DNA of 64,000 nucleotides from an uncultured Candidatus Saccharibacteria bacterium (GCA_964532425.1 CAZHIA010000007.1:64008-128007); one strand, 5' to 3'; shown: positions 9,380 through 19,158, counted from the stretch's first letter. The notes: a model not told the origin generated them from the letters alone. A program made the numbers and translations.

Positions 9380-10573
9380 ATGAAGAAACCTATGGAAGTT
9401 AAGCCAAAAATCGAATCGTTTGCACGCATCAAAGTGTTAGGAATTGGCGGCGGCGGCACGAACGCTATAAACCGGATGACTGAGCTAGGTATTAAAGGGG
9501 TTGAGTTTGTTGCGATCAATACCGATGCCCAGGCCTTGCATAACAACCAGGCAGACCGCAAAGTCCATATTGGCAAGAATATTACCAAGGGTTTGGGTTC
9601 CGGTATGAATCCGGAGCTCGGGCGCCAGGCGGCAGAGGAGTCAGTGGAAGAACTGGAAGAGGTGGTCGATAATGCCGACATGGTGTTCATTACCTGCGGA
9701 CTTGGCGGCGGTACCGGTACCGGCGCGGCTCCGACCGTGGCCGAATTGGCAAAGAACAAAGGTATACTGACGGTCGCCGTGGTAACCAAGCCGTTCACGT
9801 TTGAAGGCAGTAAGAGAAAGGAAGTGGCTGAAGTTGGCTATGACAATCTCAAGGATAAGGTGGATGCTATTATTTCCATCCATAACGACCGCATCCTCCA
9901 GATCATCGACAAGAAGACTTCGCTCATTGACGCTTTTAAAACAGTCGACGAGGTGCTACGCCAGGGTATTTCCGGAATTTCAGATCTCATCACTTCGCAT
10001 GGTGTAGTGAATGCCGACTTTGCCGACGTTCGCAGCATTATGCAAGATGCCGGCACGGCTCTTATGGGTATCGGCCGGGGCAGCGGCGAAAATCGCGCCG
10101 AAGAAGCAGCCAAGCAGGCTATTAATTCTCCGCTTTTGGAACTGGCTATCGATGGCGCCAAGGGCGTATTGTTCAACATTACCGGCGGCCCGAATTTGGG
10201 AATGTTCGAGATCGACGAGGCTGCCAAAGTTATTACCAAGAGTATCGATCCGGATGCCAAGGTCAAGTTTGGCGCGGTTATTGACGAGAACATGGGTGAC
10301 GATCTTCGCATTACGGTTATTGCCACCGGCTTTGACGAGGCGAACAAGCGTCCCAATCTGTTGTCAATGCCTACAGCTGACGAGGCCAAGAAGCCGGTCT
10401 ACCAGGAACCGAAGTACACGCCGCCTCCGGTAGAAATTCGAAAGCCGTTGTTTAATCCGAAACCAGTAGAACCGATCCAGCCCATGCAGCCGCGCAACGA
10501 CGAAGACGCTGCCTCATCTTCTCCGGACGACGAGTTGGATATACCGGCGTTCATTAGAAAGAAAATGAAATAA
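9380..10573 (+). CDS. ftsZ: Cell division protein FtsZ
   Basis: GIGGGGTNA, GGGTGTG tubulin signature, NADFAD, C-terminal LDIPAFIRKK. Start may be the second Met (9392). Confidence 0.98.
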   Translation: MKKPMEVKPKIESFARIKVLGIGGGGTNAINRMTELGIKGVEFVAINTDAQALHNNQADRKVHIGKNITKGLGSGMNPELGRQAAEESVEELEEVVDNADMVFITCGLGGGTGTGAAPTVAELAKNKGILTVAVVTKPFTFEGSKRKEVAEVGYDNLKDKVDAIISIHNDRILQIIDKKTSLIDAFKTVDEVLRQGISGISDLITSHGVVNADFADVRSIMQDAGTALMGIGRGSGENRAEEAAKQAINSPLLELAIDGAKGVLFNITGGPNLGMFEIDEAAKVITKSIDPDAKVKFGAVIDENMGDDLRITVIATGFDEANKRPNLLSMPTADEAKKPVYQEPKYTPPPVEIRKPLFNPKPVEPIQPMQPRNDEDAASSSPDDELDIPAFIRKKMK

Positions 10574-10711
10574 CATGGTAACACCCCTTGGACAGATCCG
10601 AGGGGTGTTTTATATAGTGGGTAAACAAATAATTAGCCATCCAAGCGGGTTGGAATCGCGGCAGAAGGCTATGCTTGATTTCTGTAGGGGCTAGCGATAG
10701 CTGCCCGACTC

Positions 10712-10842
10712 TCAAATTTCAAATTACAATAACCAAATCCCAAATAAATTCCAATACCCAAAATAGTCAATGTACAAATCCTTTCTGGAGTTTTGAATTT
10801 GAGATTTGGATATTATTTGGTATTTGGGATTTGGAATTTGGT
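10712..10842. repeat. Inverted tandem-repeat hairpin (caaat/atttg type), flanked by GTAG-type REP-like repeats
   Basis: Related element between groES and groEL at 42436. Confidence 0.8.
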
Positions 10843-10974
10843 GCTTATAAAAGCGGGCGCCTCCTGCCTGCCGGTAGGTAGGGTCGGCTGCCCCTACGCT
10901 GCAACCCTGGTGCAGTAGGGGTGTGCGATAACATCCCTTACCTCAGACATAGGTTTTTAAGATATAATACCTCT

Positions 10975-12381
10975 ATGACTATCAATAAGAATTGGATGGT
11001 TCCGGCCATCCTTATATGCGTCTTTTGTTTTATGTTCTTCCACCAGCTCGGCACGTTTCCTATGGTGGACTGGGACGAGGGTATATACGCCCAAGTGGCC
11101 CGGCAGTCGCTCGAGCAGCATAGTCAGGCGGCTTTGCATTGGTACGGCAGCATAACGCCGGAAAATCCTTCCGGTCTATGGTTCGAGAAGCCGCCGTTCA
11201 TGATCTGGCTTACCGAACTGTCCTTCATGGTGTTCGGAGTGGGGGAATTTGCTGCCCGCCTGCCCAATGCGCTGTTTGCCCTGGCTATAGTGTTATTGTC
11301 TTATTACGCAGCCCGTCTCTTGTTCAAATCGCATGCAGCTGCCTGGTTGACCCTAGCTGCGTACTTTTTGGCCGACTACTTTATGAGCCAGGCGTACTTT
11401 TTGAAGTTTGATATGGCTGCCGCATTTTTTATATTACTTGCGGTTGTTTCCTATATCAAAGCCCGACAACAGGGCAGGTGGTGGTACGTATTTTGGGGAG
11501 CGGTCGGTTTGGGGGTCATGGTCAAAAGCGTTATTGGCCTCCTGCCCGTACCGCTGCTTCTGCTTTGGTCCGCCTGGGCCAGGGACTTCAGTTTTTTGAA
11601 AGACCGGCATTTTTATTTTGGCTCCGTATTTGCTGTTTTGATCGCCGCTCCGTGGCATATCATTATGGGCTTGCGCTATGGGCGGACTTTTTGGCAAACC
11701 TATCTGTTCCTTCATGTGGTGGAGCGCTTTACCGCGCCTCTGGAACAGTCCAAACTTAGTAATTGGTTCTATCTTTCTATCCTCTATAATAATCTGATAT
11801 TCTGTGCGGCAGCAGTTGCCGCAACTATATACGGCGCCTATCGCGGCTTCTTAAAGCGACAGCTGCCGTTTGCGATCATGGTTATTTCCGCGGTGACTCT
11901 TTTCATATTTTTCAGCTTTGCAGGGACTAAAAATTATGGGTACATTGTTCCGGCATACCCGTTCCTGGCTATGATAGTCGGTGGTGCAGCCGCAGAGGCA
12001 ATTGGAAAGTTGCGGCAGCCGCGCTACCAGGAGTTTGCCGTTCTCTCGGTGTGCGTTTTATGCGCTGTAGCGGGATTCGTATACAAGGCGAACAAACTCG
12101 ACCGGTATGCCCGCCTGCTGCCGTTCTATCGCGAGAGCAAGGCTATGGGATTGGTTCTCCATGACAAACTGCCGAATATGCCAATTGTGGTCAAAGACCG
12201 TTCAACTCCGGCATTTCTATTCTACCTTGATCGTCCAGTGGTCAGCAGCCCGGACCAGTTGCCGGATTTGGTCACTCAGTATATTCTGATTCTACCCGGA
12301 CCGCCCCAGTCGGCAATTCCGAACAGTCAGTTGTTGTTTGCGGGTCAGACCGCCGCCGGGTTATTGGTGGACCGGAAATAA
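10975..12381 (+). CDS. ArnT/PMT-like glycosyltransferase (GT-C fold)
   Basis: DWDEGIYAQVA, WFEKPPFMIWL, EFAARLP, MVKS, APWHI; multiple TM segments. Confidence 0.88.
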   Translation: MTINKNWMVPAILICVFCFMFFHQLGTFPMVDWDEGIYAQVARQSLEQHSQAALHWYGSITPENPSGLWFEKPPFMIWLTELSFMVFGVGEFAARLPNALFALAIVLLSYYAARLLFKSHAAAWLTLAAYFLADYFMSQAYFLKFDMAAAFFILLAVVSYIKARQQGRWWYVFWGAVGLGVMVKSVIGLLPVPLLLLWSAWARDFSFLKDRHFYFGSVFAVLIAAPWHIIMGLRYGRTFWQTYLFLHVVERFTAPLEQSKLSNWFYLSILYNNLIFCAAAVAATIYGAYRGFLKRQLPFAIMVISAVTLFIFFSFAGTKNYGYIVPAYPFLAMIVGGAAAEAIGKLRQPRYQEFAVLSVCVLCAVAGFVYKANKLDRYARLLPFYRESKAMGLVLHDKLPNMPIVVKDRSTPAFLFYLDRPVVSSPDQLPDLVTQYILILPGPPQSAIPNSQLLFAGQTAAGLLVDRK

Positions 12382-12396
12382 TTTTGTACTATCTTA

Positions 12397-12963
12397 ATGG
12401 AAAAGATTTTACAGTGCTATCCATTTAAAGATGCGGGGGTAAAAGTGGCCGAAGGGTTTGCCGCGTATGACGGGAATTTACGGACCGTACCCGGAGAAGT
12501 CCATCAGGGCATCGATTACGCGCTCCGCAAGAACAATGAGTTTGCGAGCTTCGAAGTATTTTCCATGTTCGAAGGCGATGTGCGGTTCGGTGTGAGCGAG
12601 AAACTCGGTAGATTTTTTGTCATCAGTGTGGAGACAGGGGAGTTGCGGTACGATTGCGTCTATGCCCATCTGGACCACATCAATGAAGACTTGCAGAAGT
12701 ACGCTATCATCCGGGGTGAGATGGATTTTGTCATCCCGGCCAGGTATAGCCTTGGTTGGGCGGGGACAGCCGGCAGCTCGCGGGGTGTGAGGCATCTGCA
12801 TATTGAAATTCATGAAAAGAACCTGAAGACCGGACAGCGGCGGAAGTTGGACCCCTACGGGGTGTACGGTCGGTTGTCCGGCGGCGGTTACCGACAGCCG
12901 GGAGAGAGTCTTGCGGGTTTAGATCATATCTGGATTTCAGACCAACCTGATCTGGTCTCGTAA
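12397..12963 (+). CDS. M23-family metallopeptidase-like protein
   Basis: HQGID (HxxxD), YAHL, HLHIE (HxH), LDPY. Confidence 0.75.
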   Translation: MEKILQCYPFKDAGVKVAEGFAAYDGNLRTVPGEVHQGIDYALRKNNEFASFEVFSMFEGDVRFGVSEKLGRFFVISVETGELRYDCVYAHLDHINEDLQKYAIIRGEMDFVIPARYSLGWAGTAGSSRGVRHLHIEIHEKNLKTGQRRKLDPYGVYGRLSGGGYRQPGESLAGLDHIWISDQPDLVS

Positions 12964-13129
12964 ATACTTTTTATGCTTCGCTTTCGATGTATTTAGAATG
13001 CACAGTGAGAAGTGGTTGCAAAAGGATTTTCCCACCATACCTTGCTATGATCCCATGGCTATGGTATGCTCAAGTGTCCAATGATAGAGGAGGACGACAT
13101 CGCCGCAAGGCGAGTTAAGAGGTGATGCT

Positions 13130-14140
13130 ATGATGAAAGGACTGCATCGGCAGTTTTCTGAGATCGAATCCTTCTTCGAAAATGGGGGAGGCTGTCGGAA
13201 TCTTGCCGACGCGTTGTTATGCAATCACACCGGCTTCATGGAAGGCTTCTCCTCCAAGAAGATAATCGGCTACACGCGGAGCGCATTGCGCTACTTGTGC
13301 AGTCGCGGATACTCGGTAACACGCAAGGAGTGTCGCGAAATTTATGAGACGAACTTTTTCGTGCTCAAGGGTCCTGGCGAAGCCAGAATCTTCGCTCGAG
13401 AACTTGGGTTGCTGCCGGTAGACATCCGTTCGGCCGTCAGCGATTTGTTGGCGGAGCGTGTCTATAACTCATTTGAGTTTACTGCCAAGATTTGGCAGAA
13501 ACTGAATGAGTTGCGGAAGTCGGCTGGGTTTCGGCCGCTTTCAAAATCCGACCGACGCATCCTGCGATCACAGGTCCTCACCGCATATAACAGTGATCCG
13601 CACGAGCAGTTAGAGTATTTGGCCGAGAGTCTTCGTTTCCTCGGGTGGGAGCTGCTGCCGTACGTACGGGAACTGCACCGCTATCCGTTTGCCGGACTGC
13701 TGGCAGGAACGGATGACGGCTACAGCCCGCTCGTCGAACTCTATGCCGGCCTCATCGTAGATCGGCGCATGACAAAAGCGGAGGTGATCGAGGAACTGAC
13801 GACATACGACCTGCTCTTCAGCGATCTGGTCGGCTGGCCTGAACTGGCAAAGTACGGGGCTCGCGTGGAAGAAGACTACTTCCTCCAGCGGCTTACCTTA
13901 CCGGTCGAGATCGAGGACCATGCCCGCATGCTGTACCTGCTGAAAGTCCTGTGTGATGACTGTCGCGAGTGGAACGGAATTGCGGAGCAGATTGCCCGCA
14001 ATTTACTCAGTGATAGTCGCCAGGCCGCCGAGAGCCGCAGAATCTTTTGGAGATATGGGTTCGACCTGGACCAACTCGCCGGAAATTTCACAGATACGGT
14101 TTCCCGAGGATCGGTACTATCGGTTGCTGCCGCTGTGTAG
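13130..14140 (+). CDS. Hypothetical protein
   Basis: 336-aa ORF with SD AAGAGGTG; terminator at 14148-14178. Confidence 0.75.
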   Translation: MMKGLHRQFSEIESFFENGGGCRNLADALLCNHTGFMEGFSSKKIIGYTRSALRYLCSRGYSVTRKECREIYETNFFVLKGPGEARIFARELGLLPVDIRSAVSDLLAERVYNSFEFTAKIWQKLNELRKSAGFRPLSKSDRRILRSQVLTAYNSDPHEQLEYLAESLRFLGWELLPYVRELHRYPFAGLLAGTDDGYSPLVELYAGLIVDRRMTKAEVIEELTTYDLLFSDLVGWPELAKYGARVEEDYFLQRLTLPVEIEDHARMLYLLKVLCDDCREWNGIAEQIARNLLSDSRQAAESRRIFWRYGFDLDQLAGNFTDTVSRGSVLSVAAAV

Positions 14141-14181
14141 ATAGCCTGCGCACTCCCAAGAGGGGAGTGCGCTCTTTTAAT

Positions 14182-14353
14182 TGTCATTGCGAGAAGATAA
14201 GGGCTTTGACTTATCGACGAAGCAATCTGACGCCTTTGGTGTCATCCCAAGTGTCAACCTCAGACGGACCTGCCGACGGCACGACATCCGAGGGGTCTCC
14301 TTTATAGGAAGGATTGCTTCGCTTCAGATAAGGCCCTGAAGCTCGCAATGACA
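14182..14353. repeat. REP-like element (tgtcattgcgag..gaagcaatct / gattgcttcg..ctcgcaatgaca)
   Basis: Same ends at 37226-37340, 48948-49090, 50150-50240 and 52621-52724. Confidence 0.85.
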
Positions 14354-14643
14354 ACGGTCTTGCAAAAAAAATCTATCTGTGCTATAATATATGTAGATTC
14401 ATTCCGGCAGAAACAAAAAACAAAAGAAAATTGAATATTTTCTTTAACACCTTGCAAAAAGGTGGTTGTTGCTGTGGAATATAAAGGTCGATAGGGCCAA
14501 TGGTCCTACAGAATCTTCTAAGAAACAAACAATAAAAACAAAATCACAAAAGAGAGGGTTCCGTCCGGCGGTGTATGCGTGGAGGGAAAGGAGTATATCC
14601 GCGCGAATACTTCTTTACGCCAGCTGTCCGGCGGTGCAAACTT

Positions 14644-15084
14644 ATGAATAACTTCTTAGTAGAAGAGACTCCGGGTAAGGTCGTGGGCCTGCTCGGGGCT
14701 ACGCTGTTCTCGCTCGCGTTCCTGTTCGCAGTGACCGCCAGCGATGCAAGTTTTATGGGAACGAAAACCCATGTGGCAGATCCGTTTTCTCCTGCCAAGG
14801 TAATGGCGGTGCTGGATGGTGTTTCCAATTCGTACAGTAATTTTTTGGACACGAATCTGTTCCAGCCGAGCAAGAATGATTTCGCCATGGTCAGTGACAA
14901 CGTGACGTGGCTGGCCATGAACGCTTCAGATGGAATGAAGAATTCCCTGGGCGTGCAGGATCCCGTTGTACCGCAGGTGATGCCGGTTGCCGGGAGGGTT
15001 GCCGGAGCGTCAGTAACTCGGGCGCAAGAGACAAGTGGACCGTTTCATATGCTCGATAATATTTATACGCTGTTAACCCAGTAG
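14644..15084 (+). CDS. Hypothetical membrane-anchored protein
   Basis: N-terminal hydrophobic segment and a GRVAGAS linker motif. Confidence 0.7.
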   Translation: MNNFLVEETPGKVVGLLGATLFSLAFLFAVTASDASFMGTKTHVADPFSPAKVMAVLDGVSNSYSNFLDTNLFQPSKNDFAMVSDNVTWLAMNASDGMKNSLGVQDPVVPQVMPVAGRVAGASVTRAQETSGPFHMLDNIYTLLTQ

Positions 15085-15274
15085 GTGCTTGGAGGTGTTA
15101 CGATTACAAATCCCCGGATGTGCCCCCGGGGATTTTAGTTTGCGTGGACCGCTGAGGAGTCGCGGATATCCGCCAGCTGGCGGAACACTGAATCAACGCT
15201 GAGTGTATATTCGAGTGAGTAATAAAATTCGCAGGTCTTAGTCATATACGGTGCTAAGATTTAATGTGACCTGT

Positions 15275-15694
15275 ATGGCTAACAAATCGCAAAAGGAACA
15301 GGCAAACAAAATCATCGAACAGGCCATTCAAAAGGAGCAGTCAATGCAATCAGATAGCCCTTCAGGTCAAAACGAGGTCCAAAGGATTGCTGTTGATTGT
15401 TCCAATGCCCGCAACATGTGCTTGCAGACGCTTAACTACTGCTTGTCCCAGAGTGGCAAATATTCAGACAAGGAGATTATTAAGCGCATAGAAGACTGCG
15501 CTGTGTTGTGTGAGGCAACGATCAGTTTTCTTTTGCGGGACAGCAGGCTGCTCGGACCCTTGCTGCGCGTATGTGCCACTGCCTGTGAAAAGTGCAGCCA
15601 GTCTTGCGAGCAGATCCCCGGGGACGAGCAGTTGGAGACCTGTGCTCACTACTGCCGGGTCGCCTTTCAATCTTGTTCGAGCATGAATGGTTAA
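15275..15694 (+). CDS. Cys-rich four-helix-bundle copper storage protein (Csp/DUF326-like)
   Basis: Regularly spaced Cys: DCAVLC..VCATACEKCSQSCE..TCAHYCRVAFQSC. Confidence 0.8.
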   Translation: MANKSQKEQANKIIEQAIQKEQSMQSDSPSGQNEVQRIAVDCSNARNMCLQTLNYCLSQSGKYSDKEIIKRIEDCAVLCEATISFLLRDSRLLGPLLRVCATACEKCSQSCEQIPGDEQLETCAHYCRVAFQSCSSMNG

Positions 15695-15706
15695 AAGCTA
15701 AAAATG

Positions 15707-15739
15707 AACAGCCTGCACGATAACACGTGCAGGCTGTTT
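15707..15739. terminator. Bidirectional terminator
   Basis: aacagcctgcacg-ataaca-cgtgcaggctgtt between convergent genes. Confidence 0.75.
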
Positions 15740-15744
15740 GGTAT

Positions 15745-16101
15745 TTAGAACAATGACCCGAGGATACTCTCGGTCTCCTGGCGCTGGCTCTTAAACCATT
15801 GGTCGGCTGCGGAACGAGCTTTCTGTTCGAGCTGCCGGTTAGTGGAATGGGGAGGGAGCTGCCCTTTCTGGAACATCGGGCTGAGTTCGTCAACTACCGC
15901 CCCGGCGATGGTCATGGCCAGACTCTCTGGTAGGCCGTGCTCTTGCATCAGCGTGCCGCTGAGCTCCCTGGTGAGGCGGTCTTGTGCGAAATGAATCGGG
16001 TTTTCCCTGGTGACGTTGGCGTGGGCAGAGTAACGCTGCCACTGAACCAGCATAGCAGCCGGCTCGAACCGCGATCGGGTCTGTGTCGCTGTCATTGCCA
16101 T
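15745..16101 (-). CDS. Hypothetical protein
   Basis: SD AAGGAGG; own promoter TTGACC-17-TATACT on minus strand at 16116-16144. Confidence 0.7.
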   Translation of the reverse strand: MAMTATQTRSRFEPAAMLVQWQRYSAHANVTRENPIHFAQDRLTRELSGTLMQEHGLPESLAMTIAGAVVDELSPMFQKGQLPPHSTNRQLEQKARSAADQWFKSQRQETESILGSLF

Positions 16102-16201
16102 TCCTCCTTCGAGCGAGTATAGCGCAGATTGTCGTTTAGGTCAATAGGTTTATTTATCTGTTCAATTTACCAGTCAACATTTATGGTATTTCTCCAAACG
16201 T

Positions 16202-16245
16202 CATTGTGGGGATGACCTCACAATTGTGAGGTCATCCCCACAATG
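16202..16245. repeat. Perfect 44-bp loopless palindrome
   Basis: cattgtggggatgacctcacaa|ttgtgaggtcatccccacaatg. Confidence 0.95.
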
Positions 16246-16373
16246 TAGTTTTTATTATGTTGGGATTGGAATACAAATGTGAGGTAGGGAAAAGTAGGTT
16301 GGTGTTGTCCGTCTTTGTTGAAAAAAATAAGCACACTCGGAAGTGTGCTTATAAAGTAAATGCATAGCAGCCG

Positions 16374-17849
16374 TCAGGTAGAAAGTTGGCCTTGCGTGGA
16401 GGGTTGTTCCATCACATATTTGATGAGCAGCGGCCAGACGAGTGTGGCATCGGTGTGAACTTCGGCGAACAGCCCGTGTGGATCCATTTTCCCCCATGAC
16501 ATGTTTTCTGAGTATGAGCAGCTGCCCAGGTTCCCATACCATGGCTGGTCCGGGGCGATACGGCAGCCGTAAGCATAGAGGAGCGGATCGCGCCAGGCCC
16601 CCAGGCGTTTTTTAATCAGGTCTTCGGCAACCGGGTCGTTCTGCGCGTTGTTGCGCGGCACGCCGCCGCCGATGCTGATAATGCCGGTGCGACTCAGGTT
16701 CAGTCTCGCCTCGAGCCGGTGCAGCGTATCAAATTCGGGATTGATGAAAATTCCTCGCTGTCCCTGCTGGCGCTGCAGCATGTTATAGGTCATTACATCG
16801 TTGCCGATCTCGCTGTCCGTGAATGCTGGAACATATATTGGCACGTTGCACTCATAGGCGGACCGGAGGATAGAGGGGTGACCAGGGTAATGCTCGGACA
16901 GATACTGTCCAATGAGTCGGAGAAAACTATGCGTTGACAGCACACTGCCATCAGGAATGTTTTCAAGCACGGCGCGCAGGACTTCTTCGATGTGGTCGAA
17001 GTTTGTCTCCGGCTCTAACGTATCGGTCACCCGGTTTAAGCGCAGGCTGGCCAGCAATTGGTCGCTGTGAGCCGGGTTGTGCTTGTAATGCCTCAGACCA
17101 GTGCCGGCAATTAACCCGTGGGCCATGAGCGCCCCGGTCGAGAATATTGCGTTCACCATGCCGAGCTCGATCATGTCCCGAATGACGAGCGAGAACTGTG
17201 CCACGGTCATAGCGCCGCTCAGCGTCAGGGTTTTGTGGCAAGCAGGATCCTTGATCATGCCAGTGAGCGCGGCTGCTGCCTGTTTTATTTCACCTGCCAG
17301 GCCGGTTTCGGGAAGCTGGTCCACGAATTCAGTAGCCGTGATCTTGGTCCCTTTCAACCGTTCAGAGAGGGCAGCGGAGATGCAAGGGATGACAAAGTTC
17401 GGGTCGGCAAAGACCGCGTTTGGGAAGTGCCCGTCCTTAATTTGACCGTTCCGACACATGCCGTACTGGTTGATGAACAGGATTGGCAGCTCCGGGCGTT
17501 TTTTTACGAAGTTCTGAATATGGTTATTTAGGGGACCAATGATCACGAGGGGTTCAGTGTAGTTCAGATCGATTGTTCCTTGTGGCAGAAGGACGGTCTG
17601 CACCCAACCCTCCTCTACCATCGCGTCTGTGAGCAATGCATAGGTTTGGGGGTCGGTGTTGTCCGTCAGTATTGCGTGGGGGCTTCGGGATTCCTGAATC
17701 CATGCCATCCATGTATGGGCCGCCTCGCCAATCATGCGGGCGCCGAACGAGCAATGGGCCATGCCGGCCACAATTTTGCCGACAGAATCGCACTTCCGCA
17801 GGTCGAGCGGGGAGAGGGGCTCCAGGTTCAGTGGGATTTTATCATACAT
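16374..17849 (-). CDS. Deoxyhypusine synthase-like protein (probable homospermidine synthesis)
   Basis: SGAMT, STGA, PAFTDSEIG, GGGVPRN, SWGK (catalytic Lys), DATLVWPLL; SD AAGGAGG before MYDKI. Confidence 0.88.
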   Translation of the reverse strand: MYDKIPLNLEPLSPLDLRKCDSVGKIVAGMAHCSFGARMIGEAAHTWMAWIQESRSPHAILTDNTDPQTYALLTDAMVEEGWVQTVLLPQGTIDLNYTEPLVIIGPLNNHIQNFVKKRPELPILFINQYGMCRNGQIKDGHFPNAVFADPNFVIPCISAALSERLKGTKITATEFVDQLPETGLAGEIKQAAAALTGMIKDPACHKTLTLSGAMTVAQFSLVIRDMIELGMVNAIFSTGALMAHGLIAGTGLRHYKHNPAHSDQLLASLRLNRVTDTLEPETNFDHIEEVLRAVLENIPDGSVLSTHSFLRLIGQYLSEHYPGHPSILRSAYECNVPIYVPAFTDSEIGNDVMTYNMLQRQQGQRGIFINPEFDTLHRLEARLNLSRTGIISIGGGVPRNNAQNDPVAEDLIKKRLGAWRDPLLYAYGCRIAPDQPWYGNLGSCSYSENMSWGKMDPHGLFAEVHTDATLVWPLLIKYVMEQPSTQGQLST

Positions 17850-18155
17850 ACTATTATTCCTCCTTGTATGACAGTTTAGTATGCCGAAAAAGGTGGGGGT
17901 TGGCAAGCCCAGGCGCAATCCGATTGTGCCTGGGCAGGTCATCGTTCGTTGTTTGGTTATAGGGTTCTGTGGCCGGCCTTATTGATGATCACCATCGAGG
18001 ATAAACCTGTTCAAAACGATTAATTGAGTACTCAGGCGTGATCTTCCTTAAGAAAGCTGGTCCTCGATGGTGACCATCATCTGTCTCATGACTCAAATCT
18101 TACCCTGTCGCTATAGGTTTGCTCAGCAGGCTAAACTATGGTCAATTAATAAATC

Positions 18156-18164
18156 TGTGGATAA
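18156..18164 (-). promoter_or_regulatory. DnaA box
   Basis: Perfect TTATCCACA upstream of nrdR-nrdJ. Confidence 0.5.
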
Positions 18165-18212
18165 AAAACAACAATATCAGAAATTGCTAGCAATTCCGTC
18201 ATTTCTGTTAGG

Positions 18213-18261
18213 ATACTAGCTATAGTATTATGAAGGAGGTAAATATTACTACATATGGTGA
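18213..18261 (+). promoter_or_regulatory. Tandem NrdR boxes
   Basis: ATACTAGCTATAGTAT (12/16) and TTACTACATATGGTGA (11/16) versus ACACWATATATWGTGT, 33 bp apart. Confidence 0.65.
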
Positions 18262-18513
18262 ATTCGCCATATGGAGGGTGAGAAACAAAAGCACGTATTA
18301 GTAAGCAATAATTGTCCCCAGGAGGTCGCTTTTTCTGCCAAAAAAGCCGTATTTTTTTACGCTAAAATAGGGGTGGAAATTATAGAGTCTGAGCCGTCGG
18401 ATTAACTCCGCGGCGAAGGCAACACTCCGGAAAGGGGAGGCAGGAGCCAACGGTGACGGTGGAAGGGGAAAACCCCTTTCGGTTCTCGCCGGGGTTTCCC
18501 CCTCCAATGCATT

Positions 18514-18960
18514 ATGCGCTGTCCAAACTGTCAAAATGAGGATACAAAGGTAATCGATTCGAGGCCGGTTGATGACGCCAGTGCCATACGGCGCCGGCGC
18601 CAGTGCGAAAAGTGCGAGTTCCGCTTTTCTACGTATGAGGAGATTGAAATTCTGGACCTGACCGTGGTCAAGAGGGACGAGACCAAAGAGCCTTATAGCC
18701 GGGAAAAGCTGGAACGGGGGATTAAGCGGGCCTTTGAGAAGCGCGAGCACAATGACCAAACCTTGAGAAAGCTTATTTCCGGCATTGAACAGGATATCCA
18801 GAAAAAAGCCAAGGATGGAGAGATTCGGAGCTCAGATATCGGTGACATTGTCATGCGGCGAATGAAACGGATCGACAAGGTGGCCTACATCCGTTTCGCC
18901 TCGGTCTACCGCTGCTTCGAGGACGTGGAAGAATTTAAGGCGGAACTGCAAAAACTGTGA
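18514..18960 (+). CDS. nrdR: Transcriptional repressor NrdR
   Basis: MRCPNC..KVIDSR..IRRRRQCEKC..RFSTYE, ATP-cone, VAYIRFASVY. Confidence 0.97.
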   Translation: MRCPNCQNEDTKVIDSRPVDDASAIRRRRQCEKCEFRFSTYEEIEILDLTVVKRDETKEPYSREKLERGIKRAFEKREHNDQTLRKLISGIEQDIQKKAKDGEIRSSDIGDIVMRRMKRIDKVAYIRFASVYRCFEDVEEFKAELQKL

Positions 18961-19096
18961 TAGTAATCTCGAATCCGCCAGCTGGCGGAACAAATGCAGC
19001 GCAAATATTCGAATTGCTATTGGCCGTATATCCAATCAAGAGCGGTGTGTAGTATTAGTATATTTGTGTTTGATTCGTTATATTAGAGAATACTCC
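18961..19096. repeat. Dispersed 125-135 bp MITE-like element, copy 1
   Basis: Reverse-complement match to 47268-47391. Confidence 0.8.
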
Positions 19097-19158
19097 TTTA
19101 CATTAAGTTAACAACCATTAACCATCCATCATCAGGTGGAATAACAAGAGAGCAATCC

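Noticed and set aside
10675-10881. Short ORFs and N-terminal extensions over repeats (also 1138, 30320, 42554 and 54838 starts)
   Set aside because: They are translations of tandem-repeat hairpins; downstream ATGs match the family N-termini
14552-14640. AGGGTTCCG...CTGTCCG resembling a ykkC/guanidine-I riboswitch
   Set aside because: The 3' GGGAUAAAAGCCCG stem is absent; kept only as an unclassified leader
18380-18506. GGCAACAC..GAAA..AGCC segment before nrdR resembling a c-di-GMP-I or cobalamin riboswitch
   Set aside because: Core consensus nucleotides do not match, and the adjacent ggggaaaacccc/ggggtttcccc hairpin looks like a repeat element
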